This document shows positions 1 to 14,326 of a stretch of DNA of 64,000 bases, one piece after another. How positions within the stretch are numbered: position 1 is the first letter of the stretch; each line of letters begins with the position of its first letter. Source of the DNA: Paraspadella gotoi (lineage: Eukaryota > Animalia > Chaetognatha); assembly GCA_051294375.1 (NCBI GenBank), contig CM119263.1:15664532-15728531 (forward strand). The letters are read 5' to 3'. The notes beneath the pieces are model-generated. The model was not told the DNA's origin. It was given only the letters and a program-made list of their open reading frames with translations, and did no database searches. Position numbers and translations under genes: made by a program.

Positions 1-11
1 GACCATTTTAG

Positions 12-293
12 CTTGGTCCAATTCATTTCCTTCCACGTCCCTGGTAATTTTTTTAAAATAATTTTTTTATCTTTAAAAAAAAAAGGTACGCGCACTTTAA
101 CGGCAGATGGATCCAGCGACAGATGGAGATCTACCCCAACGCGCCCGCCGTCTTGCTCATTGCTGGCAAGGACGACATGCAAATGTGCGAATTGGCCTTG
201 GACGAAACGGGGCTGACTAACAGAAAAGGGGCCGAAATTCTGGAGACAGATTTCGAAAGAGAATGGAAGAAGCACGAAAAGTTTAAGAATTGA
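12..293 (+). CDS. 3' end of an unidentified spliced gene (exons about 12-43 and 86-293)
   Basis: tttag acceptor at 11, gtaatt donor at 44, aaag acceptor at 85. The spliced frame reads [79 protein letters not shown] (TGA 291-293, overlapped by AATAAA). Protein-like and GC-elevated, but I cannot name the family. Confidence 0.7.
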
Positions 294-1329
294 ATAAATA
301 TTTTTATAGGTTATTTAAAATTATGTAGCATTCATAAAACAAATTTTTAGTCTCTTTTCTTTTACCTATGGATTTGAATGGAATGTAATTATTTATAAAT
401 CAATGGAATCAATTATAAAAAACTTTTCGTATAGTAACGAAAAATTATAATTATTAATTATCATGTAATATAAATATATTCACTTTTCAGTGAAATGACG
501 AAATAGAGAAATATATTTGAAATACATATTTATTTATTGTTCAAACATGTAAAAAAATGGAAGTCTGTGGTTTCATTTTGTACGTACATGTGAAAAAATT
601 TTTTGGAACTATTTTAACACAACAATACGTTTATTTAACAATTATAAATTATAACCGTTTGAAACCAACTTTTTTAATTTTCTAGTGAGATTTAAAATCA
701 AGAAAGAATGAAAAATATTTGCTTTTGCTGGATCTTTTGCAATAATTTTTGAAAACATTTATTTACTCTTCCCATTTTTAACAATTTCTTGCGTAGAGAT
801 CTTGCGTAGAGATCTAGGTTAATATTTCTGCTTTATTTCTACGGTCTGTATTGTCGTAATTTGGCTATCGAAGTATAAATAAATATTTTAATACAATCTT
901 TTTACTATCTAAAATTAGTCATCAAAATAAAAAATCGAGAAATACAAAAATATGGAATATAATAATTTATAAAATGAATCACGAAATTCACAGAAAATGA
1001 GAAAAAGTGAATTATATAGCAAATTTCTTTGTTCGATTCTTACTAATTTTCTTTGAGTTTTGAGTCGGAGTATTTTTATGAAATTCATACTTTGTTTATA
1101 CTTGTTGTCTTAAAAAAGTGTTGTGAAATCATCTATAGATAGTATCCAGAAAGTGAGCAAGTGTCGGCTTGGGTTTCATTTATTTTCTCCAATTTATTTT
1201 TCCTCGATTACGAGCGTGAGGTGAACGGGTCCGGTGGAGTGAAACATGGTAACTTGTAAAGCACTACGGACGAATTACGATTTCTGCGGTGATCTAGATG
1301 CTCTCGATTTACAGGAGTGAGGTCAAGAT

Positions 1330-1548
1330 TCACTTAGAGCGAGTCATCTTGCTGCTTTTGTCTTCGTCGAATCGCTCTGACTCGTCGGACGTTTTTGTCC
1401 TCCATCGCAAGATGAGAACGGCGTACTTGAGCGGACGGACCGCGGTGCCCGGGTTGGGGGGCAGAGGCTTAGGCGCCGGTGCGGGCTTCCCGTTGACCTG
1501 TAGTCGGTTACGCGTGCTTTTGAGGTCGTGGTAGATGAGTCGGGGCAT
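1330..1548 (-). CDS. putative 72-aa basic/proline-rich small protein
   Basis: GC-rich ORF with caaaaATG context and a 3' splice acceptor (ctttctcacgcag) about 30 nt upstream of the ATG. No family recognised. Confidence 0.45.
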   Translation of the reverse strand: MPRLIYHDLKSTRNRLQVNGKPAPAPKPLPPNPGTAVRPLKYAVLILRWRTKTSDESERFDEDKSSKMTRSK

Positions 1549-3880
1549 TTTTGAGCGGTTGAGAGAACTCGAGCTGCCTGCGTGAGAAAGTTGTTAGGTT
1601 TTGACCCGTTAATCTCTCTTGAGGTCTGTGAAGTTCGTCTACCAGTGGAGTACGTTTCGAGTTTTCGCGCTTTGACAAAAAGGTCCAGGTGGTTTTTTAG
1701 AGTTTTAACTTTTAAGTGAACGAAGAAAGTCTTTCTTTTTTTTTTTGTGAAATTTTCTGTTACTGTCTAAAAAATTTCGATGGGGAATGAGTTAGGAAAA
1801 AAAAGCAGGCGAGTTAAAAGTGGTTTTGTGGCTTTTGAGAATAAAAAGCAGAAGCTCGAGTCTCTTTGTTTGCGATTCAGTCGCCATCGATCGGCTTTTA
1901 TAAGAAAAGAAGAGGCGAAGAGTTGCATGACTAAATGGATTCGTTGTTATCGTTGCAAGGGACGCCCGGAGACGAGCCTTCCAGAAGCGACATGACATGA
2001 TAGCGAAAGGGACGGGGAACGTGGAATGGGGCTCTTCCAGAATGACTTGGGGGATGGAGGGAGCGGAAGACGATTCGAGCGTCGCTAGGGAAGAAAAATA
2101 AAGGGATTGTTTGTTGCAGTCGTCTCCATCAAGATGCGAATGACCGTTAGCAATCTGACCAGTTCAAAAAGTTTACTCACAATCAGTTCAGTTAAAAATT
2201 TGTTAAGTTTTCCCGAGAATACATGAATGCGTAATGACTAGAAATCTAGAAAATTAATCCCTGATACGCGGAAGGAGTTAATATAAGCTTTAATTCCTAA
2301 AAAGATAAGTAAAATAGTAATAAAATAGTAAAAAAATAAAAGCAAAAAAGGGTCTCTTATTCTAGCAAACCAACGGTAGCGGCAGTTTCAAAATTAAAAA
2401 AAAAATCATAAACCAAATATAAATTGACATGTAAATAATCAGCCCTGACGGCCAATCAAATTCCTTTCTGAAATAAAAAAAAGTTAATAAAAACAAATAC
2501 GGCCGAAAGAAAAAAAAATTAGGAAAACTCTGGCACTAACAAAGTGTTTAATTTACATGGGTTATTCCATGTTTTTAAAAATATATAATTTTGCTAAATG
2601 AGGCGGGTGAAGATACCTAAATTTGAAAATGTTGGAAAAAAAAAATAATATATTTTCATCAATTTGGCACTTATTGACGCAATGATAAACTTAAAATCTG
2701 GAAAGGAGTGGCAGGACTGGCAGGTGAATGAGACAAAATTCGGACAAGAACAAAGTGTATTCTTCTACAAAGCAAAAGCCGATAAGACAGCACAATAGGA
2801 CGCGAAGTCTAAATCACTTATAAAGAAAGAAAGGGGCCCTTGGCCTTACTACCAAAACGGTTCGGGTGGAGAGCGAGAGAGAGATTTGATAGACATAGAG
2901 ATTGGGTGAGTGAGTTGGTAAGAGAAAAGATAACCCGTGCTTTTAAGCTCGATTGCGCTGTTTTAACTTCAATCCAAATAAAACAATTATCGTTCTAAAA
3001 TTTAAAAAAAAAAACTATTTTACTATCTAAATTGAAAATAAAAAAGGTGATTTTCGGCCTCGCGAAACAAAACCCAAAAAAATCGAATACAAATACAAAA
3101 TTACCTGAACGACAACGTCGTTTCTGTAAATGTTTAAAAATATTTAACACCATTCGCCTTTAAAATCGCTCAGACTTTTACAATTACTGCCTGAATAACC
3201 TAAAAAAAACAAATATTAATCAAGAAATCGATTGACTATCGAAAAAGAAACTTAATAAGAAAAAGTAATCAATAATTGTTACTGGTTGACTATTAATCAG
3301 ATATCTCAGACAAATTGATAGAAAGTGATTACAAAGTAATTAAAACTTCAGTTTTTTCTTCTTTTGTCAAAAAATTGTCTTCAAGGTCGCAGTGATGTCG
3401 TCTCCATTTTCTCAAATGAAGATTATATATATATATTCTCTAATTAATCCTAATAGGGCAAAAAACAGGTTTTTGAAGTTAACCGCCTCTCGTTTTTAAA
3501 GTCATCAAGAACAGGTTTCCAAATGTCTGTCTTCACATAGGATCCAGGATGAAGATGATCTGTCCAATGGATCGGAATATTGGTCAAAAATATTGTACCT
3601 GTACTTCCATGCGTAATCTTTAATTAATTCTTAATCTCGGTACATGCGATGACTCTCAAAGAATATGTCTTTTAGTTATTTTGACTTGAGCTTTATTTTT
3701 AGTGATTTCATCACATCTTTTAATTTCGTTACAGTAGAACGTCACACTTCCAGCGTCTGAGACGAAAACGATTCTCTGCCGACTATTCGTCAAAGGCTAT
3801 TCCTCCTGCTTGTAACCTTTGCGACATCATGTTGTACTTCATCATGTTTAAGTTATGATAAACAATGTTACGTAGACAAT

Positions 3881-4149
3881 CATGGCCATCGTCTTTAAAG
3901 TCCGGGGTGTCAGGTAACCTCCCGTGGGTGGCTTAGTCTGCCCCCTGGGGCCGCCCCTAGAGCCACCCCGCGGGGCGGAGGATTTGGGAGATGACATATC
4001 AGAGGAGGCCACCGTCACTCTTTACGATCCATAAGGGGAAAGTTCGTGATCGAACCCGAAACGTGCTGTAAGGATGGTTCGTTTGCACGCTAAGCCACAG
4101 TGGATTGAACCTACTCCTTGTTAAGGCGGTTTTGTAGTCTCCGCCATGG
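3881..4149. repeat. diverged member of the structured ~250-bp element family
   Basis: GC-rich island closed by catggc/gccatg. Shares ccgtcac, taagcca, cagNggattgaacc and a terminal aggc..agtct..gcca hairpin with the units at 49364-49636 and 49860-50140. Confidence 0.55.
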
Positions 4150-4965
4150 TGCATTCTTTTTTTTTCCATGACTCCCTAAAGCAATTCTGACATGCCCCGT
4201 TTTCCTTACTGTTGTCCTCCATTAGCTTTGTTTTATTTATTTAATTCGACAATTTTTGTATTCGAGAAAGTCTGGCACATCTACACATTTCTTGTCTGGC
4301 GTAGCGCCACTCGCGATTCGTCTTTTTTATCGAAAAACATGATTATTTGGTCATTTTTTGGACTTTTTGGAATTTTGGACTTTTGGACTTTTGGAATTTC
4401 GTTCCGGATTTGTCCGGTTTTCCATTTAAAAGATTACTTCGTACGTACCCTCGAAAGTTGAGAACTCGTCATTTGGTTCGAGCGTTATCACTCGAAGTCC
4501 AATTTAAAGATTTCCTCAATGACATTTTCGAGAAAAAAAAATTTTTAAAGATGACTTTTTTGGTTATGCTTCATGCCTCATGCTCCATCATGCTCCATTA
4601 GCTTCAAAAATTATGGTAAGCGAAGATAAGCGAAGAAGAAAAATCATAAATGAATTTCGGTTTCTATTGTTTTTAAAGAAAAACTCGGTTTCTATTGTTT
4701 TTTAAAAAAACCTCTTTATGCTTCATAATACATATTTGTCTGACGACTTCTATGACCGTGATAGTTGGTCATTCCAAGAAAATACTCGCTCCGCCAGTTC
4801 TCTAGAAAGAATATTTTTTCGCTAATTCCGTAAAATCTGCTTATTAGCATATACAAAATCTTCAAACGTACATAATTTTGCAATTTTCATACATACAATG
4901 TAATTATCGATGAAAAAAAAAACTCTTCACTTTCGTTTTTCTTTCTTCCATTTGAACAATTTCAG

Positions 4966-6833
4966 TTCCCTCCACATGTCGACCTTTTTTTGGTCGCTGT
5001 GCGCGCCTGGCATCCCCAGCTGCGTCTTTCTCTCCCTCTTCTCCGCCATCTGCCTCTCGTTGGACAATTTCTTCTGCGGTCTCAACGCCGAACTCTCTTT
5101 CTTTCTCATCACCGGCACTGCGAGCGTCGCCTATGCCGCCTTCTCGGTGCCGGAAGCAATCATCCGGCACCGCGAACTCGCCGAGAAATGGAGCCGAGGG
5201 AATGTGGCGCCGGTGGTCATCGGCGGCGTCCTTTTGACGTTGAAGACGATTCTCTACAACGTCGCTCTGCAGGTCTCTTGCTCTCACTCTATCATAAAAA
5301 AAAACTTTTTTTCAGATAAAACCACCACTCCCTCTCTCTCTCTCTTCCCTACGACAGACGATCCACATCGGAGATGCGACCACAATATACTTCCTCATGG
5401 TGGTCTGGGTGCCGTTGATTGAGAGCGTCTGGCGGCGGCGTTGCGTTTCAATCAAAGTCATCATCGGCGTCGTTCTCAGCGGCGCCGGCGTTCTCTTTAT
5501 TACTCACCCCTCCCTCGTTTTCGGCCACGATAATCACGCATACGCCAAAGTTTCGATGGTAACAAGATAATCATAACTTAATGTCCTTTTTTGTCGGTAT
5601 ATTCACACTGCCTCACATCTACCATCGTTCAGCCAATTGGCTCAGAGGGGAAATGCACCATCCCATCCACAGTCATACCGACTTCCCTCTGTGTTGGCAA
5701 AGCGAGACCGTCCTATGGTAACCGCGCCAGTGACAGGAGGCGTCACTGAGGGTCAGAAGCCCAAGAGCCAACCGTGAGATGCCCCATCCCAATGGGCATT
5801 TCAACCCGGCTGTTGCCATACATTAGTTTCAATATATTACGCTGCAAAGGAAAACAGAAAAGAAAAAAATATGGCCAGAATCCAATAACGACAAAACAGG
5901 AAAAAAAAATTTATTAAAGAAGCCAAACCCCGATAGGTAGGAAGAAAACCTTTTAAAACTCACCACAAAAAGTTAAATTTTCTGCAAACAAAACTTGATA
6001 AAAGGCAGCGAATGAAAAAAAAAGAACAGCATGACTTATAACACTGACGCAAAACTGATTTTTGTCGTTCCGGTTCCACGCTCTCTCAGCCGAAGCACCC
6101 GGAACTCTCCCCGATGTCGAAGATCGACATGGCGCAATCGGTTACCTCTGCGCCTTTCTATCCTCCATCCTCAACGGCGCCGTCAACGTCGTCTTCTCTG
6201 CTTATCCATCCGTCGACGCAGTCACGTGGAACCTCGTCTCCGGCGTCATGGGCGCCGTGGCCTCCGCCGTCGGCTTCGTCGCCGTCCGGGCTTACGTCGA
6301 CTTCCTCGATAATTTCGATCTTTTCACGAACGGCATCTCGCTCATATTGATTTCTTTCTTCAAGGTGAAAGGAGTCGTTTCCTCACAAATTTAGATACAA
6401 TTTTAAAAAGAAATAAGACATTGTGTGTTTTTTTTCTCTTTTCGTTGTAGCGTCTATTAAAAACTTTCGTCTTTTCGAAATCGCTAAAAAGAAATAAGAT
6501 TAAAATTGGCGAAAAAAATTCATTTTTGGTCTTTCTTCGCAGCTCATGGGTCAAACGTTCGTAATCTTCGCAGTCCACGCTCATTCGCCCTCTGTCTACG
6601 TGCTCGTCTCTACCACGGACATCCCTCTCTCCTACGTCTGGGGTTGGGTCTGGTTGGGACAGCAGCTGCGTTACTATCACTTCGTCGGCGGAGGACTCAT
6701 TCTGGGCGCCATCTTCCTCATCTCTTGTCCAAATTTTTGGGAGATTTGGGAAGGGAAAAAACGAAAGAAAGAGAAGTGGGCAGAGGAGGATGAACTGAAC
6801 GAAGAGATGGGATTGATCGGCCAATTGCATTGA
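4966..6833 (+). CDS. EamA/DMT-superfamily (SLC35G-like) membrane transporter; exons about 4966-5272, 5358-5558, 6090-6364, 6543-6833
   Basis: Hydrophobic exons with GT-AG ends. Motifs IGDATTIYF..GVLFITHPSLVFG and GQTFVIFA..TTDIPLSYVWGW resemble SLC35G/EamA repeats. The 5558/6090 junction phase is unresolved and the true start may lie in an upstream exon. Confidence 0.75.
5595..5826 (-). repeat. dispersed structured element, inverted copy of 48872-49123, inside a transporter intron
   Basis: The reverse complement aligns along its length with 48872-49123 (tatggcaacagccgggttg..atgcccattgggatggggcatctcac..gaccctcagtgacgcctcc.gtcactgg..gtgaggc.gtgtgaatatacc). Confidence 0.9.
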
Positions 6834-8916
6834 CGCCATCGTCCGAAACATCGCTAAATTTACTCAACTATCCAGTTTGATAAAACTGTAAATAGTACCC
6901 AAGCTTCCGGTCTTTAAATTACTTTTATCGTCTATTTACATTCGCTTTCTTATTTGAAAGATTTGAAAAATGTCATCTGCTTTCTTGTGAAACGTTTATT
7001 TTTTGTTTAACTCGTTTTTTTGTACAACGTACAAAGAGTCCGAGAGAATAGGGGTTAACGTCTCGACATGCATCGCCCTTGCCCGTTGGCGGGGTTACCC
7101 CATATACTGAGTTCGCACGTAAGTTATTTTCCGTTAGCAATTAAACACTTCCGATTAGGATTTGAAGTTGAAGCAATGCTGACATAGTTGTTCAGATTTT
7201 GGGATCAAATTTTTCATTTTATTTCGGGATCAAAATAGATTGAAAAAGATAATGTATTTTAAAACGGTTTTTGTTAAATGTTAAATATGATTTTTTTCCA
7301 AATTTTAGCTCAATAGTTATTGTTAATGATAGACATGCAAAAGTTTTATTTTAGTTTTGTAGTTAGACTTTCTTTTTGTAGTTGTTAGAAAGTTTGATAA
7401 GAGATTTTACATTTTACATTTTACAAACATTTTAGTTTTTAAATTTTGGGGATAAAAAGGTTTTTTCGTTTAAGTTGTTTCATTGCTGCGACCATAACGA
7501 CAACCTCGGCCGGATAATATATTATTCGGTCTCTTTTTTGTTATTGTTCTTATTTTTATTTATTTTTTATTCATGGATTCAGATCATTTCATAGTACATA
7601 ATTTTTGTTCCTTAAATTAAAAGCATGTGAAAAGATTTTTACAATAATAAAGCTAGTTCATTTGTTTTTGTTGAAGAATATTGTCATATCTCACTGCCAT
7701 CTGTAACCTGACTTTGTTACTGAGAGTAAAATGAGCAACTTTATTATACTTCATATCTTCTCGAGCTTGCCTAATACATTAAAAACGACTTATAACGTGG
7801 TTGTGATTTAGGTAAAATACAATAGCGATGTTACTTTTTTTTAAATTTCTTGACTGAAGTCATTTCCCTATTTTGTTTCTTTAATTTTAACAATTTTTGC
7901 CATAGGTATTTTTGAAAAAAAAAAAGGCCTATTAAATTAACAAATCAACTAAAACGGCGTCGTCGAAACCTTGAGCGAGACCTTCGTCCCGATTGTCTCG
8001 TCCCTACCTCAAGTGAGTCCTTCGAAATGTGAGTGGTGAACCCGGTTCGACCCTCAACCCGAGTCGCTTCGAGATTTTCGCAAAGTTTTTTTTTTTTTAG
8101 GGTCGGTAATCTCTAGGCCGAATTATCGAGGTCGTCGTTTCGACGATAAATCGTCCGCTTTCCGCTCACCGTTTCTATGGTTACATCGTTGTTATTGTTT
8201 GAGTAATACTAACGTTTTACTCGTGTCACTTTCTACTACTCGCATATTAGATACAAACGTAGCATATTTATTAAATGGAAGGACTGAAAGAATAATATTT
8301 ACAATGGTTGTCACCAATTTGATCTAAAGTCATTATATGATATATATGTTGACAATATGATACCAATAATCTAGAGCCCTTTGTTTGTCCTTGCTAAAAT
8401 TTATTAAAATTATTTCGTCGAATAATAAATAATCTTTAATAGTAGGAGAATAGAGATTTCTTAACCGCTCCTTTTAGGGGAAGCAAATTTCCTAAGCAAA
8501 TATTTGCGAATCAATCTACTGAGAAAGGGATTTATTTAAAATTAATGATCAATCGGTTTTTTTTAGAGGATTTCAAAATTTTGCCCCTTTTTCGTTTAAT
8601 TTTTGTTTGCCTATTAATTTCTGTGATTTGTTTTGAATTCAGAGCGTTCTCTCTCAACTAAATGGCTTCTATTTGTTCATTTTTATCTTTAATTTTATTT
8701 AATAGGACTTTAGTACAGTAAAAAAATGATCATGCCTTTCTTTCATACCAATAGCGAGATATGATTGACCGAAATTCCCACAATAGAGAGAAGACGGCTG
8801 CTTGTTTTTTACAATAAATGTTTTGTCTGTCACTGGCTTTGGTTTTAGCTTCTGGTCTGTATTTTTTGTTTACAAATGGCGAATTTAGAAGAAAAATACC
8901 AAATTTTCTTGAGAGG

Positions 8917-8954
<38 letters not shown>

Positions 8955-9247
8955 ATAAATACTAAAATAACCGAAAGTTTAACGAAGGAAAACGATCAAC
9001 ATGAAAAACGTTCTAGTAAAGTTCATTCCGGAAAAACTTGCTCCGCCTGTGTTTACCTGTCCAACAGGAAACTCGGCCGCGAAGACGCGAATTCACGAAG
9101 AGCGAAAAAAAGTAAACATCTCTGCGGCTAATCATCAAAGCGTCAGAGAAAAATATAGGTCAAAATAATTCTATCGCTCTCACAAGAGAGAAAAAAAGGT
9201 AAACAGTGAGTGGAAGAGTCAACGACTTCGTCCTACGGGAATAAGAA

Positions 9248-9286
<39 letters not shown>

Positions 9287-10568
9287 AATCGGCCAGCCGT
9301 GTATCAATAGAATGTGTACAAATTATAGAGATTAAGAAAATACAGCTGGACGCGAAGATAGGAACCGAGCGTTCCGACGAAGAGAGGCGCTCGATCGAGG
9401 ATATTTTTAACCGCGACGACCAACGGCGATCGTCCCTTCGCGCGACTCACGTTATTGGCGATATCCAGTGGCGAAAGATAAACAAAGTCCGGTCCTCTTC
9501 CTCCTCGTTTTTAATCTTCGCTCTCTTCGATTTCTTCTCTCGAGCTTCGTTTACATCTTCGTCAACTTGTTTGTCTTCGTCGCGGCCATCTTCGTCGTCG
9601 TCGTCGTCTTCATCGTCGTCGTCTTCCCCCCCCCCTCCGTATCGGTTTACGTCTCGCCGATGAACCGGCTCCGAAAACTGAAGCACAAATTGACTTTTTG
9701 TTTGTTTTACGCCGACGGCGATTTCTGACCGAATGAGGGCGCGTTATCGCGAGTCGATTTTTTTTTTTTTTCGTTCAGAAATGAAGGCCACTGCGAAATC
9801 GGGGCGGCTCTTGTCGTCGGGCCGGCCGGCGGTTCGACGGGGAGAAATGTCGGGCGACGAAAGCTTTCGACCAAGAAATATTGGAAAGAATGAGAAAGGG
9901 AGAAGAAATGAGAGAGAGAGAGAAAAGGGTTTCTAGCCGCTTTCTCTTCTTTTTTTTTTTTGGAATTATCTTTTATTTCTTCATTTTTTTTTTCTTCCCG
10001 TCCAAAGTTGTCGTGGTTTTTGATTGAGATCCAGAGGCAGGCGTCGGGCGGCAGGCGCCACTTGACACTCGTCACAAGCGAATCGGGATGAATCAAGAAG
10101 AGACGCGAGTGAATGGCACGTCGGAGTGAATGGCTTGGGAAGTGAACGGAGTTGAATAAAGGGTAAGGCGGGATGAATAGAGAAATAGAGGAGTTTGAAC
10201 AACTGTTTTAAAGAAGACTTGAAAAACTTTTTATGATAATTAAACAACCTTGTATCGTCCTCTTAAAGCCTAAATACAGTTTGGAGTTTCAATAAAGTTA
10301 GTAATATTCAACTTAAAAATACCATAATATTATTTTAAACTTTTATTTATTTTTTTTCCTTCTGTTAGAAAGAATTTAACCTAAATTCTTCGACATTTCC
10401 GAAGATTGATGATTTTTTTAAGGACTGGAGGTAGTTCCCCGAGGAGAAAGTACCCTTTTTGTAGTCAGGAAATGTTAAATGCAAATATTAAAAAAGATGT
10501 AGTTTAATACTACCATTTGGAATGGCAAATAAACGTTGGCGAATCTTCCAGAATTTGTTTATCCACTC

Positions 10569-10609
<41 letters not shown>

Positions 10610-11663
10610 CGGGTCCGGTGTCGATCCCAGACGGCGTTGAGCCCAGACGACGGGGATTACGAGACTTGACGCGGGAGTATTTGTTCACTCTTCTGCACCA
10701 AACGTCATTTCGAGTTCCCCCCCCCCTTTATCGCTAACCCTTCCACTGGTTCTGCCAATCTCCACTATGTACGCCTTGAGGGTTCCCGTTTTAACCCCTC
10801 AAACCCCAATTTCTTTTTTTAATTCCACATTCCGTCGCGAGTTTCTTGATCTCAGTGGTCGGCGGTTCGCCCAGTATTTTTTTTTTTTGTTTCGTTAAAC
10901 CGGGATCCATCGTTGAACCGGGATTCCCCCTCGTTAAACCGGGATTTAAAAATTTCGAATCCGCCGGGGCCGCTTAGGAGGAGGATCAGAAAGAAGATCT
11001 GAAAATCCTTCGTCCACACACCTTTCCTGTTTGAGCGTGAACTTTTTAATTCCGAGCGGAGCGGAACCGTTTCTGTATCGGGTCGCGATTAGAAACGTTG
11101 GATGAGGATGAGTTTGAACTCGTGATATTCTCATGCGGTTTGAAATCACCTTAAAGTTGTACATTTAAAAAAATTAGAAGTATATCATTGCGATAACCTG
11201 CGCCCATTTTTTATCTGCCTAAGAAATCCACTCGTCGCCTTGGACAGCTCGGAAATAAATGTTAAAACTTAAAAGACGGGGTCCTTTATCATGATACGAC
11301 AATGGTCCGGAAACAGCTCGAAGACGTTTTAATTCGAAAATATTTACGTAATGAAATAAAAAAAAAGAAGGAAAGGAATCCGAAGAATGAGAAAAAGGGA
11401 CAGGACTCACGCTGACCCGTGACTGAAAAGTGGAAAGTCGAGAAGACAGAAATCACAGCAGAGGAACTGACGAAAACCCGGGATGAAAGACGGAAACGGA
11501 AAAAAAAAATTTGATGCGGAAATTGGAGATTTAATGGAATTTGAAACCGGAAAAGAACCGGAGGAGGAAAAAAACATTATGTAGATATAAATACGGGCGC
11601 CGCAGAAGTGACGCGGCGAAGCGTCTCTCTTCTCTCTTCTCTCTCTCTCATCTCTCTCTCTCT

Positions 11664-11703
<40 letters not shown>

Positions 11704-11939
11704 GAAATCTCGTTGAAGACTGGTTCGGTCCCTTGCAGCTATACTTTTTTCTTCCAGACATCTACTTGAAGAATAGCGATTGCCCTTTGTTTTCCATTAC
11801 AATCGACTTTTGCTAAGACCTTGCTTGCCATATTAAAAATACAATTTATCTGTTCATTTTATGCTCGTTGTAAATTTTAATGAAGGCGAGAAGGAACAAA
11901 AAGAGTCGGGAAGTTGAAGATTATTTTCTTATGACAGGA

Positions 11940-11972
11940 AGAAAGAGAAAAAGAAAGAAAGAAAGAAATTAA

Positions 11973-12068
<96 letters not shown>

Positions 12069-12122
12069 AACAAACAAACAAACAAACAAACAAACAAACA
12101 AACAAACAAACAAACAAACAAA
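11940..12122. repeat. compound (AAAG)n(AAAC)n microsatellite
   Basis: Read directly from the sequence. Confidence 0.95.
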
Positions 12123-13178
12123 AAAGAAAGACACAATACAAGCGTTTTTACTACTTTGGTTACTATATAATTTATTGTTTTTCGCAAGATACAGTTAAAA
12201 ACAATAGTCATTTTAGTAATCGTTTTTGCCTCGGCCGACTTTCCCCACTCTCTCCGCAACATTGGCCGAACTCCGCCGCAACTCTCGCCACCCCCGCCGC
12301 TGCCGCCCGCCGCCGCCGCCCGCCACGATGATTTACAGAGTTAGCGTTGTCGGTTCGGCCCTTTGGGAGTTCACCGGCAAAACCGACATTTGGGTTGACC
12401 CCAGAGGCATCCATCAAATATCTCCTCCATACGTTTCGAAAATAACATCTCTGGTCGGATAGTCGAGTCAACGTAATCGTCGTCGCCGTCGTTGACGTCG
12501 TCGTCGTCGCCGTCGTCGTCGTTTTCTCCATCACCGACATCCCTGTCGTCGTCAGCATCATTACCTCAGTTGTCTTCATCGTCGTCGTCTTGGTCGTCGT
12601 CTACCACGTCGCCGTCATTGATCAGATTCGCGTCAAAAGTTTGAAATTTTATCCTTTTTTTTGGGGTCCGTTTTGATATTTATATTTTCGGTAACTTAGT
12701 TCGGCGCATGATCAAAAAGAATAATAACCTGAAAAGAATTGTAATTTTATTTCTATCTAAAAAAAAAATTAAAAAAGTGGTAGGATTCGAGTTTGTGTTG
12801 TGCACAAATGACTATTATCGAACCTATCTGACGATATTAATATATAAGTTTTTCTTTGAAATCCTGCGTTTCTTGCTGAATTATTTATGGATATTTGCTG
12901 TGTACATAATATTCTAAATTACAAGGTGATGATTTATTCTTTCTAAGCTTCTAGGACGCAACATCCGCGATGCAAACCTCACTGCCTCACTTTAATGATT
13001 TTAGTAATACTTACCTCGGTTGATTTAACTCTTTAAACATAATTCTGCACATTACAAACCCGCGACTTTGTAAGCCTTTACTTTTTTTTCTCTTTTTTTT
13101 TTCGTGCGGGTAGTGAGTTAGAAAGAATGTAAGAGAGAAAGAGAAAGTGAGAGAAAAAGGGAAAGAGAGAGTGAGAGT

Positions 13179-13258
<80 letters not shown>

Positions 13259-14236
13259 TAGAGAGAGACTGAGAGCGAAAGTGTTTGTTGAGGTTAAACT
13301 TTTCCCGTGCACTCGAGAAGTTCGTCCTTGGACGGAAAAAGCATTTTTTTCGATCGAAGAAAAGGAGTTAATTTGTTGATTCGCACGTGCATGTTCATCG
13401 GTTCGTATCTTTGCGCGCGATTTGCACGTGTTTTACACGTAACGTTATCAACCGGCATTGCGCCGATGGAGCTCGTTCATGCAATCGAACTGTGTTTAGA
13501 TTGGTATTTTTTAATTGAACCCGTTTGTTTTGCTTATGACGCTGATATTGCTATCGTAATATATGTTACCTGACTGATGATTTTCCAAATTCTGCCGAGT
13601 TAAATTTAGGAAGGTGATTTGCATTTCAGCGAAAACGTTCTGGCCCCAATAATTGTACGTTGCTGAGTGAAAAAAATATAATTGATTTTGAAAAGGTGGT
13701 GTAAAAATTTAGGGAACAAAATAATTGAAAAGGAAAAGGAGGTTTCGTCGACAGAAAACTATTTGTCATGTTGCACGAATGCGTTCACCCATGAAAATCA
13801 GGCTACGAAAGAACTCTGCTTTTATATATATTTTTTTCCTCGCTTAGTGGTTGTCGTTGTAAACATACCTAGCCAAAAAAGTTTACGAAATCGTTTAAAA
13901 TATATCATTATAGAAATTCGTTGACTCGGTTCTACATTTTAATCATTTTTTTTTATTCAAGAAACTTATTTGTAAGCTCGTTATTGATAAGTTTTTTTTT
14001 CGCGATTTTTAAAATAATTTTAAATATTAGAGGACACTGGACACGTAATGAACGTGATAGTAGTAAGACAACAAAATTATTTTAAGGATAAAATTTTAAT
14101 TTTCGTTGTGCTTTTTTAATCTTTGAATTGATGTTTAATGACGTCAGAGAGAGAGAATTTTTTCCCCCTTGTATTGAGATTTTTATCTCTTCGAAAAAGC
14201 GTTAAACCGTTTTCGCTCACCTCCTCGTTTCTCTTT

Positions 14237-14326
<90 letters not shown>

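Noticed and set aside
3896-3930. Resemblance to bacterial RNase P RNA (aaagtccgggg..caggtaac)
   Set aside because: No 3' P4 strand or other conserved regions; better explained by the repeat family.
7051-7101. GC-rich hairpin ggggttaac..gttacccc as a ribozyme or snoRNA
   Set aside because: No catalytic core or complete box motifs; single occurrence.
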